Sequence record: MT968995.1
Direction: 5' to 3' (one strand)
DNA from: Escherichia phage vB_EcoM_WL-3
Length of the DNA: 64,000 bases
The notes under the pieces: generated by a model
Database searches by the model: none
The model's input: only the letters and a program-made list of their open reading frames with translations
Told to the model about the DNA's origin: nothing
Program-made: the position numbers and the translations under genes
Shown here: piece after piece, positions 10,470 to 18,131 of the stretch
Numbering within the stretch: the stretch's first letter is position 1
Layout: every line of letters starts with the position of its first letter

Positions 10470-10498
10470 AAAATGCTTTAAAACTTTCATGGTATAAT
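10470..10498 (+). promoter_or_regulatory. MotA-box middle-promoter-like motif on the plus (antisense) strand
   Basis: plus strand AAATGCTTTA, 12 nt, TGGTATAAT; spacing fits the T4 middle promoter consensus; could be coincidental. Confidence 0.3.
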
Positions 10499-10515
10499 GA
10501 ATCTAAGTCCTTCCA

Positions 10516-11118
10516 TTATAGATTAAATCCTTCAAAATCAAGAGTATAGATAGTGTATGTTGAATACTTTTTATACTCATATCTATCTGCAATTCTAAAT
10601 ACACTTCCAGCTGGTATCATTACTTCTTGTTCATCTGAAACTAATTCCATATTACGATAGCGATGGCTATCTGGAAATTTAAAACTCGGACTATATTCTT
10701 TACAACGTAAAGCTTTTATAGCATACTCCTGGAAATTAAATACCATAGGAGCTTTAAATTCAAAAATAACTTGTGTGTTGTATTCTAATCCAGAAGCAAA
10801 ATGCAGAGCTATATTTTTATCATATGAAGCTGATACTACTTTATCAAATGTAATAATATCAATTCCTTGATTTAACACCTGCTTAGTCTCAACTGGAACA
10901 CCTCTCCAAAGAGGTTTATCGTTTGGAACCAAACGATATTTGATTATTTCATTTAACCAAGAATGATCGTCTGGCTTATTAGTAATACAATGAATTAAAA
11001 GTTCAATTTCAGATAAATTAAATCCTTCAGAAAGTAATTCTTCACGAATAGAAGCACGCACCGATGCATCCATTGATTTGATTTTAAAATCTTTTAATTG
11101 CATTGCTGAATATTTCAT
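10516..11118 (-). CDS. modA: ADP-ribosyltransferase ModA
   Basis: 200 aa; ART-like R (LWRG), S-x-S (SASY) and EQEVMIP motifs; tandem with a paralog. Confidence 0.7.
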   Translation of the reverse strand: MKYSAMQLKDFKIKSMDASVRASIREELLSEGFNLSEIELLIHCITNKPDDHSWLNEIIKYRLVPNDKPLWRGVPVETKQVLNQGIDIITFDKVVSASYDKNIALHFASGLEYNTQVIFEFKAPMVFNFQEYAIKALRCKEYSPSFKFPDSHRYRNMELVSDEQEVMIPAGSVFRIADRYEYKKYSTYTIYTLDFEGFNL

Positions 11119-11750
11119 TCAACTACCTCAATATCATACACTTTAAATGTTCCAAACGAATCGTGTAATTTTTCTTTTGAAATAGAAGTTATTTTATACT
11201 TTCCAATTGGAATCATCCATTCTTGTTCACGCACAATCATCATTAAGTTATCAGTACGTTCTGAATCTAATCCATCAGTATCTTCATATGTATACTTAAA
11301 CTCAGTATTAGGAGAAGAAAGTATAATATCGCTGATATGGTCAGAATAATTAAAAGCTTTATCAGTTTTTAAGCGAAATATTATTTCAGTGAAATACTCA
11401 ACATAAGAAAAACCGCATGCTGTGTGCAAACTAGTAGTAAATGAATCTACTCTGTTCGTTGAAAACACTTCTCCGACTTGTAAATCTTTAATGAGTTCTT
11501 TTGTCGATTTTGATATACCACGATATAACTGATAAGGTGATTCAGTTAAATGCTTTTTAACGATTTTATTCAACTGCCGATGAAGAGCTTCATTCTTTTT
11601 GGCTTCCATACATTGCCAAAGAATTGACTGTTCAAAGTCAGTAAATTTTTCACAGACCTTTTTATACATATCATATTGAAAATCAACGCTTTCAGCTTTT
11701 ATAGATAACTGTTCAACATCTGCAAGATTAATAATCATGATAGCCTCCAT
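11115..11750 (-). CDS. modB: ADP-ribosyltransferase ModB
   Basis: 211 aa; LYRG, STNRV and EQEWMIP motifs; paralog of the adjacent modA. Confidence 0.7.
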   Translation of the reverse strand: MEAIMIINLADVEQLSIKAESVDFQYDMYKKVCEKFTDFEQSILWQCMEAKKNEALHRQLNKIVKKHLTESPYQLYRGISKSTKELIKDLQVGEVFSTNRVDSFTTSLHTACGFSYVEYFTEIIFRLKTDKAFNYSDHISDIILSSPNTEFKYTYEDTDGLDSERTDNLMMIVREQEWMIPIGKYKITSISKEKLHDSFGTFKVYDIEVVE

Positions 11751-11761
11751 ATACTTCAGAA

Positions 11762-11797
11762 GCTATCATATCATTGTTAGGAAGGAAAGTAAACAAC
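11762..11797 (-). promoter_or_regulatory. early promoter upstream of modB
   Basis: minus strand GTTTACTTTCCTTCCTAACAATGATATGAT. Confidence 0.45.
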
Positions 11798-11805
11798 TTT
11801 TTGAA

Positions 11806-11988
11806 TTATTTTGCCCAGGGAGCCCAGGGCGGAGGGTCAAGATGGTATGAAGCTAGTTCTTCTAGAAGAGCATCTGGGGCTTCAATTCCATAATTCTGTA
11901 ATACTATACGGTACTCTTTCTTATAATCACTAGAATCATTCTGGATATTCGTAGAATGATTATCTTCTAACATCTCAAATAAATCCAT
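11806..11988 (-). CDS. hypothetical protein (60 aa)
   Basis: ORF in track; ends PPPWAPWAK. Confidence 0.4.
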   Translation of the reverse strand: MDLFEMLEDNHSTNIQNDSSDYKKEYRIVLQNYGIEAPDALLEELASYHLDPPPWAPWAK

Positions 11989-11996
11989 ATTAATTC

Positions 11997-12467
11997 CTAG
12001 CGATAAAAACCAAAATAACGATTAGCTTCAATAATTTTTCTTTCTTCTTCGGACATTCTCCAGCGTAGTCCAACATCAAAATGAGCCCAGACCATCTTAA
12101 CAAATGCATTTATGTCTTTAATATCTTCAATAATGAATGTTTTACTTTTAGAAGGTTGACTCGCTAATTTAACTTTATCATCTTCAAACAGGTCAAAAAG
12201 ACCATATTCATGAGCTCTTTTATATCCTTTAATAGTTAAAGCTTCAGAAGAAGAAAACGGTGAATCAGTATTCTGCAAAATATCTTCAGTATGCTTTATA
12301 ATTAGAATAACATTTTCTGGATATTTTCTTTCTTTTATATCTTTAATTAAAAGATCCGGATTTTCTGCTAAAGGAATAATTAATGAGCACTCTTTATCAA
12401 GTGTATTTACCGATTTACCTTCTTTAGACATAAATTCTATTGAATAATGTTTTGCTACTTCAATCAT
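11997..12467 (-). CDS. hypothetical protein (156 aa)
   Basis: ORF in track, same-strand packing. Confidence 0.5.
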   Translation of the reverse strand: MIEVAKHYSIEFMSKEGKSVNTLDKECSLIIPLAENPDLLIKDIKERKYPENVILIIKHTEDILQNTDSPFSSSEALTIKGYKRAHEYGLFDLFEDDKVKLASQPSKSKTFIIEDIKDINAFVKMVWAHFDVGLRWRMSEEERKIIEANRYFGFYR

Positions 12468-12624
12468 GTGATTTCCTCTTGCCTACTAATGGGCCGTCAA
12501 GAATTTTGTTTTCCTGGATATATTTCTCATTTTCTTCCATCATTTTACTGCCAATTTTAAGAAGCAAATCCAATGCTTCATTTGCTTTAGCCTTGGCCTC
12601 TTCTAGCGTCATATCTCTGTTCAT
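12460..12624 (-). CDS. hypothetical small protein (54 aa)
   Basis: hand-translated [25 protein letters not shown]...; overlaps neighbours at both ends in the typical T4 manner. Confidence 0.35.
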   Translation of the reverse strand: MNRDMTLEEAKAKANEALDLLLKIGSKMMEENEKYIQENKILDGPLVGKRKSHD

Positions 12625-12824
12625 GATTTATCCCCATAGATGTCTCTCATCAATTTAAGCGCTGAGCGTTCTAATTTCTTTTCTTTCTCAGCACTAATCA
12701 TTGATTTCATCCATTCTTCCGATTCGTTCTGCATTTCTTTATTTGCTTGTTCAACCCAACCATCGTCAATGTACATTGAGTTTGGTCTATTGAACCATTC
12801 AAGCATTTTCTTCAGAACTTTCAT
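12621..12824 (-). CDS. hypothetical protein (67 aa)
   Basis: ORF in track. Confidence 0.45.
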   Translation of the reverse strand: MKVLKKMLEWFNRPNSMYIDDGWVEQANKEMQNESEEWMKSMISAEKEKKLERSALKLMRDIYGDKS

Positions 12825-13296
12825 TTGTTTTACCTAAAACAACAGTAGGAGCATCATCAAATTTATGAATTTTTAGCAAATTTGGATGTAAACTATTCCA
12901 TACAGAAGAAATAAAGTATGATAAAGCATCTTCACTCGCAATTATAAATTTATTTCCTTTATCTATTTTCCAACTATATAATGAATCATACGAATAGAAA
13001 GATAAAGGTTTATCATTATATTGTTCTGCGCTAACATTAATGTATTCGGATTTAGTAAATGCTTCAATTGCTCTAAACGGACTATTTGGCACAGTTTCAA
13101 TGATACCAATCTTTTTAAGTTTTATTTCAGCATCTTCTGGAACTGGCATTGAAACGAAATTTTCTACAAGATACATTGGGTCACAATAACCCTTATCAAT
13201 CATTACTGCTACAGTAATTGGAACGTCTTTAGCAAACGACATACTATTACTGCTAATATACATTTCAAACAAAATCGCTTCCATAATTTTCCTCAA
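12799..13296 (-). CDS. hypothetical protein (up to 165 aa)
   Basis: ORF in track; true start may be the internal MEAILFEMY. Confidence 0.5.
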   Translation of the reverse strand: MRKIMEAILFEMYISSNSMSFAKDVPITVAVMIDKGYCDPMYLVENFVSMPVPEDAEIKLKKIGIIETVPNSPFRAIEAFTKSEYINVSAEQYNDKPLSFYSYDSLYSWKIDKGNKFIIASEDALSYFISSVWNSLHPNLLKIHKFDDAPTVVLGKTNESSEENA

Positions 13297-13634
13297 TCAC
13301 AAGATGTAGATGAACAACTAGAATCACAAGAACTTCCACATGAATCGCCCGCCCATGCATGAACAGGAACATTAGTATCATATGAATCAGAACTAGACTG
13401 TGTATTCTGCGTATTAGATGATGTAGTAGGTGTTGACCAGCGCCAAGGATTTTTATAATATTCTTGGGCTTCTTCATAAGTCATAGTAACTGCTTCTACT
13501 GTTCCATCTCCCATATAAACATACTCAACTACAGTTAAAGGAAGGTAGTCATTTGAAATAGGAACTACACCTTCTCCAGGAGCTGTAGAGAAAAAATCCG
13601 TAAAGAAATTTTTAAACCAATTAAAGATAAACAT
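13293..13634 (-). CDS. hypothetical protein with Cys/Ser-rich C-terminal tail
   Basis: 113 aa ending [18 protein letters not shown]. Confidence 0.5.
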   Translation of the reverse strand: MFIFNWFKNFFTDFFSTAPGEGVVPISNDYLPLTVVEYVYMGDGTVEAVTMTYEEAQEYYKNPWRWSTPTTSSNTQNTQSSSDSYDTNVPVHAWAGDSCGSSCDSSCSSTSCD

Positions 13635-13846
13635 TACAAAAAGCCTCTTTGAAATTCGACTCTTTGAAATCCACCCCAGTCAGTGTATCGCATTTCAGCA
13701 TTGAACTCGACTGAACCATCTGCATGCATCATGAATGAATGCGTGACGATATCACAATCCCAGCTTTTCATATCCCATTTATCAGAGATAGCTTTATCAA
13801 GAACCTTCTGGAGGTCTTCATTTGGTTTAATCCAACGATTTAACAT
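13634..13846 (-). CDS. hypothetical protein (70 aa)
   Basis: ORF in track. Confidence 0.45.
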   Translation of the reverse strand: MLNRWIKPNEDLQKVLDKAISDKWDMKSWDCDIVTHSFMMHADGSVEFNAEMRYTDWGGFQRVEFQRGFL

Positions 13847-13869
13847 AGTGCTCTCCTCTATAAGATAAT

Positions 13870-13905
13870 TCTATTATACCATACTCATTTTGGAAAGTAA
13901 ACCAG
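13870..13905 (-). promoter_or_regulatory. early promoter (GTTTAC ... TGGTATAAT)
   Basis: minus strand GTTTACTTTCCAAAATGAGTATGGTATAAT; part of a promoter/stem-loop cassette repeated at 54505-54573. Confidence 0.55.
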
Positions 13906-13910
13906 TAAAA

Positions 13911-13938
13911 TGAAAAAAGGACTCCCAAAGGAGTCCTT
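13911..13938 (-). terminator. rho-independent terminator after soc
   Basis: 9-bp stem AAGGACTCC/GGAGTCCTT with 4-nt loop, followed on the minus strand by a U-run. Confidence 0.7.
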
Positions 13939-13944
13939 GAATTA

Positions 13945-14190
13945 TTAACCGCCAGTTACTTTCCACAAATCTTCATTTGCAGCAATCCATTCAGTACGTT
14001 GATTTTCTTCATATACTGTAGAATACGCTGCTTTTTCTGAAGGGAATGTCTGGTAATGAGCGCCAGAAATTTTGTGAACATCAGAATAAAGAGGGAAAGC
14101 TACAGAAATTTCCTTTCCTTCAATTTTCTTATTTCCATCTAATTTCTGCTCAAATGTTTTGATATTAACATAACCGCGAGTACTAGCCAT
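13945..14190 (-). CDS. soc: small outer capsid protein Soc
   Basis: 81 aa starting MASTRGYVNIKTFEQKLDGNKKIEG; matches T4 Soc from recall. Confidence 0.9.
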   Translation of the reverse strand: MASTRGYVNIKTFEQKLDGNKKIEGKEISVAFPLYSDVHKISGAHYQTFPSEKAAYSTVYEENQRTEWIAANEDLWKVTGG

Positions 14191-14220
14191 GTAATTCTCC
14201 TTTTATTTAAATTACATGAT

Positions 14221-14228
14221 TATTTATA
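14221..14228 (-). promoter_or_regulatory. late promoter box TATAAATA upstream of soc
   Basis: exact TATAAATA on the minus strand ~35 nt upstream of the soc start; soc is a late gene in T4. Confidence 0.5.
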
Positions 14229-14272
14229 ATAATTCTCGCGGCTTTTAAGTCGTCGTTTAAATAAACGAGATA

Positions 14273-14791
14273 TTAATAACCTCGATCTTGACGAGCGAAG
14301 TTTTCAGCATTTTTCAGATAATAAAGTTTAAAGATTTCTTCAGCCGTAAGACCGAGACCTTGGAACATATTCAGAACGAAATGAAGAATATCAATCATTT
14401 CAAATTTAATTTCCAACTGGTCTTGCGGAGACAAATCAGTAATTAGAGTTTCACGGCGTTCACCATGCTGTGACTTCCAAGGTTTCCATACAGCAGATGC
14501 ATCTTTTTCACCATTGCTCATACCACCAAGAGAAGTCAGAAGTTCACGGAATTCATCATCAATGTAATCTTTCTGATTACGCAGCCAATCAACAACTTCG
14601 CCTGCAGTAGCCAAATCATCAGGATGACGGTTATATTCAGGTTTATCTTTAGCTAAACGAACCTGCAAAGATTTCTGCATATCAAGCATAACTTGCAGTG
14701 GGTCTTTTTCGTCACCGAGAATATCCCAGTATTCATTTTGAGCTTTATCAGCGCCTTCGATCAGTTGACTACATTCGTTGAAATGTGGCAT
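14273..14791 (-). CDS. 56: dCTPase / dUTPase (MazG-like NTP pyrophosphohydrolase)
   Basis: 172 aa; position and size of T4 gp56. Confidence 0.8.
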   Translation of the reverse strand: MPHFNECSQLIEGADKAQNEYWDILGDEKDPLQVMLDMQKSLQVRLAKDKPEYNRHPDDLATAGEVVDWLRNQKDYIDDEFRELLTSLGGMSNGEKDASAVWKPWKSQHGERRETLITDLSPQDQLEIKFEMIDILHFVLNMFQGLGLTAEEIFKLYYLKNAENFARQDRGY

Positions 14792-14792
14792 G

Positions 14793-15443
14793 TTATTTTT
14801 CCTTTCTTATGAAGTTTTCTATCATATGTCTATAGCAGATATTAGGATAACCTGCCTTGACAGCTATTTTATTAAATTTTGTGCGCTTAGGTCTATTATT
14901 ATAAACCCATAATTCATAAAGCGCATCATAACTATTCCATATTTCTCCTCGCCTAGGATTTGGTAAACCATATCGAGGTGAATTTTTACCGCTAAATCTT
15001 CCTTTTCGGGCTTTACTCATATTAGTCTTGGCTTCATCGGATATAATTTTACCTTTATGAGCTAGACGCATTTTGGCTTTAGTTTCTTCTGGAGTCTTTT
15101 TACCTTTAATCCATGACGGCTTGCCATATCTAGGATTATTTTCACCCGAGAAAAGAACAGAGTTTTGGATTTTAAGGGTTTCTATTAATCTACTTGTTAA
15201 TTTAACACCTTTATTATATCGCATTAAATTTACAGCATAATGCAATCCTCTCACATCTGGATATATTTTAGTTAATAATCTATGAGCTATAAAATGCTCA
15301 CGCGCAGTTAACTCAACAAGATTGTTTTTGCCATCTGCTCCTCCCATACATCTAGGAATTATATGATGGCGTTCTTTATATCCGCCAAGATGCCGGCATT
15401 TAGCTTTTGTAATTAAAGCCGAATAAATTTTTTGGTAATTCAC
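14793..15443 (-). CDS. HNH homing endonuclease (Mob family)
   Basis: N-terminus ...ERHHIIPRCMGG...NNLVELTAREHFIAH, an HNH signature; paralog of the ORF at 52242-52931; sits where T4 has gene 69/dam. Confidence 0.75.
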   Translation of the reverse strand: MNYQKIYSALITKAKCRHLGGYKERHHIIPRCMGGADGKNNLVELTAREHFIAHRLLTKIYPDVRGLHYAVNLMRYNKGVKLTSRLIETLKIQNSVLFSGENNPRYGKPSWIKGKKTPEETKAKMRLAHKGKIISDEAKTNMSKARKGRFSGKNSPRYGLPNPRRGEIWNSYDALYELWVYNNRPKRTKFNKIAVKAGYPNICYRHMIENFIRKEK

Positions 15444-15513
15444 ATATATCCTTTCAATTCATGGATTAGTAGATTAATTATACAATAAATATATAAAGCA
15501 ATAAGGAGGACAT

Positions 15514-15714
15514 ATGGTACAAAAATTAATGGCACTTGTTAATGCCATAAAAGGTAATAAAAAACGTATAGCTTTTACTATTTCTGCTATGATAGGAATT
15601 TTACTTTGGAATTTTGTTTTATCGCCAGTTGCTATTGCTCATGGCGTTAGTATTCCAGTAATTACTCTTGATACATTCGTAGATTTAGCATTTGCTTTAG
15701 TTGGGTTAATTTAA
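15514..15714 (+). CDS. small hydrophobic membrane peptide (66 aa), plus strand
   Basis: strong SD AAGGAGGA 5 nt before the ATG; lies in the only intergenic space here not covered by minus-strand ORFs; two predicted hydrophobic segments. Confidence 0.5.
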   Translation: MVQKLMALVNAIKGNKKRIAFTISAMIGILLWNFVLSPVAIAHGVSIPVITLDTFVDLAFALVGLI

Positions 15715-16739
15715 ATCTTAGCATATTTAGATAGCCGCATTTTAGCCATCAACCCCTGTGCAATATTATTTTTCATATATTCCATAATTTGTTCAGGGGT
15801 TGCACCTTCCTTTCTAATCATATCATTAACATCTTTTGATTTCCAGGGAGATTTGTCCCAAAACATAACCCTTTCTCCTGCATTAACTAATTTAGTCATT
15901 CGTTTAATAGTGTCAGGATGACGAGGTTCATTATCTAAAACCCATACACGTCTATCTTTAAATGGAACAATTTCTAGGTCTAATTGACCACCCGTAATAG
16001 CTATACCATTTTCAATAAAAAGTGAATCTATAGGTCCTTCTAGAACATATACATCACCATCTTTAACTCGTTCAACACCATAGATTTTTGTTGCCTCAGG
16101 ATAAGCTTTGATGGTGATATATTTTTGAGGAGCATCTTTCTTTAATGCACGTCCTTGAAAAGACTCAGCTTTTCCATTAGCATTATAAATTGGAATAACA
16201 AGACGAGGCTCAGGTATTTCCTTTTTATATGTTCCTGGTGCTATACTATTAACTAATTTAGGCCATTCGGTTGTAAACCAAAGATATTTCCATTTATCCT
16301 TTGGAATACAGCGAGCTTTTACGTATTTTATAATTGGATGATCTTCCGCCAGTTTATCTAATCTAATACATGACGGAAGAGATTTAATTATTTTCTTCTC
16401 AGGTTGTTTAGGAAGTTCTTTAGGTTTTTCTACTGAACGACTTTTACCTTTTTCTTTTCTTATTTCAAAGATATACTCACGATATAAATCAGGTTCAAAC
16501 TCCTTTAAATATATTCCGATTGGTGCATGATAGTTACAGTTGTAACAATGAATATTTCCTTCATTATTATCACCGTAATACCATCCACGGGCTTTATTTT
16601 GGTCGGTTTTTGAATCTCCACACACAGGACATCTAAACCGTAATTTAAAAGTTGAACTATTATTTACTTGTGTGAATTTAGGTAAATGAGCTAATGCACG
16701 GTATGCAAACTCATTATCAATCCAAGGTATTGATGACAT
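15711..16739 (-). CDS. 61: DNA primase
   Basis: 342 aa; zinc-ribbon CPVCGDS...CYNC plus TOPRIM-like region; size and position as T4 gp61. Confidence 0.9.
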   Translation of the reverse strand: MSSIPWIDNEFAYRALAHLPKFTQVNNSSTFKLRFRCPVCGDSKTDQNKARGWYYGDNNEGNIHCYNCNYHAPIGIYLKEFEPDLYREYIFEIRKEKGKSRSVEKPKELPKQPEKKIIKSLPSCIRLDKLAEDHPIIKYVKARCIPKDKWKYLWFTTEWPKLVNSIAPGTYKKEIPEPRLVIPIYNANGKAESFQGRALKKDAPQKYITIKAYPEATKIYGVERVKDGDVYVLEGPIDSLFIENGIAITGGQLDLEIVPFKDRRVWVLDNEPRHPDTIKRMTKLVNAGERVMFWDKSPWKSKDVNDMIRKEGATPEQIMEYMKNNIAQGLMAKMRLSKYAKI

Positions 16740-16741
16740 TT

Positions 16742-16906
16742 TTACTCTTCTTTTTCTTTAGATTCCTCTTTTTTCTTTTTAGGAATCTGTTCAGGACCTT
16801 TATTTACTACAGCACCTGATATTGTTCCAGTAGAGATATTTTCAGGATTACCACCTGAATCTCCAGCAACCATATCTTCTTTGATAAATTCTTTATATGT
16901 TTTCAT
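16742..16906 (-). CDS. hypothetical small protein (54 aa; 61.1 position)
   Basis: hand-translated MKTYKEFIKEDMVAGDSGGNPENISTG...; fills the gap after gene 61. Confidence 0.35.
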   Translation of the reverse strand: MKTYKEFIKEDMVAGDSGGNPENISTGTISGAVVNKGPEQIPKKKKEESKEKEE

Positions 16907-16907
16907 A

Positions 16908-17264
16908 TTAACCTCTATTCATAAAAGCATTAAAAATTTGGTCATCAATAGATGGAATAGCAACCTTTTCGGCATCATTTAGCAAATCATTAATTTCATC
17001 AGATAGCATAACACATGTGCCTTTATTTCCTGTAATTGTTACTGCACAATTACGAACGTTTTCTTTATCAAATTTTAGGTTAATATTTTCGTAGTGAAAA
17101 TCCTTTAATGCCGAATATATCTTTAAAATGAAATTGTCTTTTACTACAATAAACCCAACCTCACTATTAAAACGTGGTTCATGGAAACTGTAATAAACCT
17201 TTTCATCTATAAAATCGTATGAAATTTTTTCCATTTTTAAATATGAAAATTCAGAACTATGCAT
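16908..17264 (-). CDS. hypothetical protein (118 aa; 61.2 position)
   Basis: ORF in track, synteny. Confidence 0.5.
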   Translation of the reverse strand: MHSSEFSYLKMEKISYDFIDEKVYYSFHEPRFNSEVGFIVVKDNFILKIYSALKDFHYENINLKFDKENVRNCAVTITGNKGTCVMLSDEINDLLNDAEKVAIPSIDDQIFNAFMNRG

Positions 17265-17276
17265 ACTAACCTCTAA

Positions 17277-17570
17277 TTACTCACCTACCACTTCAGCGAT
17301 GATATTTTTGTTATTAAAGTTTTTATCGCAATACAGAACATAATTATACTGCATTACACCACCAGACTTAAGCTGTTTTTGCACTTCAGCTTTCATTTCA
17401 GGACGATCGCGCTCAACGATATTCATAATATCTGCTTCAATTTGGGTTTCAACCTCAGTCTGATCCGCAGTCATAGACCATTCGCACAAATCTTTATCAT
17501 AACCTGCCATAGCAGGCTGAGCAGCACAAGAAGCTAAAGCAAAAATTGTGGCAAAGATAAATTTTTTCAT
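17277..17570 (-). CDS. sp: Spackle periplasmic protein (superinfection exclusion)
   Basis: 97 aa with signal peptide MKKFIFATIFALASCAAQPAMA; size and position as T4 Sp. Confidence 0.75.
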   Translation of the reverse strand: MKKFIFATIFALASCAAQPAMAGYDKDLCEWSMTADQTEVETQIEADIMNIVERDRPEMKAEVQKQLKSGGVMQYNYVLYCDKNFNNKNIIAEVVGE

Positions 17571-17593
17571 GATAATCTCCTCAGTAGTTTATG

Positions 17594-17630
17594 TTTATAT
17601 AGTATCTCAATTTCCAACAAAAGTAAACAA
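17594..17630 (-). promoter_or_regulatory. early promoter upstream of sp
   Basis: minus strand GTTTACTTTTGTTGGAAATTGAGATACTATAT. Confidence 0.45.
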
Positions 17631-17888
17631 CTATTTTAAAACTTTTGCATAATCACATGTTACAAACTGTTTCTCTAGCTTGACGATTTTACGAAAGTAT
17701 CTTTTGCATTGGCGAATCTGCCGCTTCGTAGGGCGAACAGCAAACTTAATAAATTCCACTCGACCAAATGGAGGACTTTCTTCTGCTGGAATATCTAGCA
17801 CCAATTCCCACGTATCTGCAATAAGTGCTTTGAATTGTGTATTTTTCCTAACGTTATACGGAGTAGGTTTAAATAAAACAATATGCAT
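17631..17888 (-). CDS. hypothetical protein (85 aa from internal Met; 61.4 position)
   Basis: track ORF 17631-17930 trimmed to the Met that avoids overlap with dmd. Confidence 0.45.
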   Translation of the reverse strand: MHIVLFKPTPYNVRKNTQFKALIADTWELVLDIPAEESPPFGRVEFIKFAVRPTKRQIRQCKRYFRKIVKLEKQFVTCDYAKVLK

Positions 17889-17889
17889 A

Positions 17890-18072
17890 TTATCCTCGGC
17901 AATCCACTTCACACACTTTCTTGTCATCAATGAAAGCTTTAACTAATGCTTTATTAACTTCAGCATACTGAGTAGTAGCCCATTGAACGTCATCTTTCAT
18001 CATTGTGGTTTCTTTAGTAAACATGCTTTCATTCTTAAACCACCCCATAAAAACTACCTTTACCAATTCCAT
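17890..18072 (-). CDS. dmd: Dmd, discriminator of mRNA degradation (antitoxin against RnlA/LsoA)
   Basis: 60 aa starting MELVKVVFMGWFKNESMF; size and position immediately downstream of gene 41, as in T4. Confidence 0.75.
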   Translation of the reverse strand: MELVKVVFMGWFKNESMFTKETTMMKDDVQWATTQYAEVNKALVKAFIDDKKVCEVDCRG

Positions 18073-18099
18073 AACAATCTCCTCATTTAACCAACAAGA

Positions 18100-18131
18100 C
18101 TACTATACCATAGTCTTGTCAGCTTGTAAAC
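18100..18131 (-). promoter_or_regulatory. early promoter upstream of dmd
   Basis: minus strand GTTTACAAGCTGACAAGACTATGGTATAGT; the -10 is embedded in an 8-bp palindrome CAAGACTA/TAGTCTTG. Confidence 0.5.

Noticed and set aside
14191-15710. dam DNA adenine methyltransferase between 56 and 61
   Set aside because: No ORF with a methyltransferase motif (DPPY or SAM-binding FxGxG) in the interval; it is occupied by an HNH endonuclease and a small plus-strand ORF.
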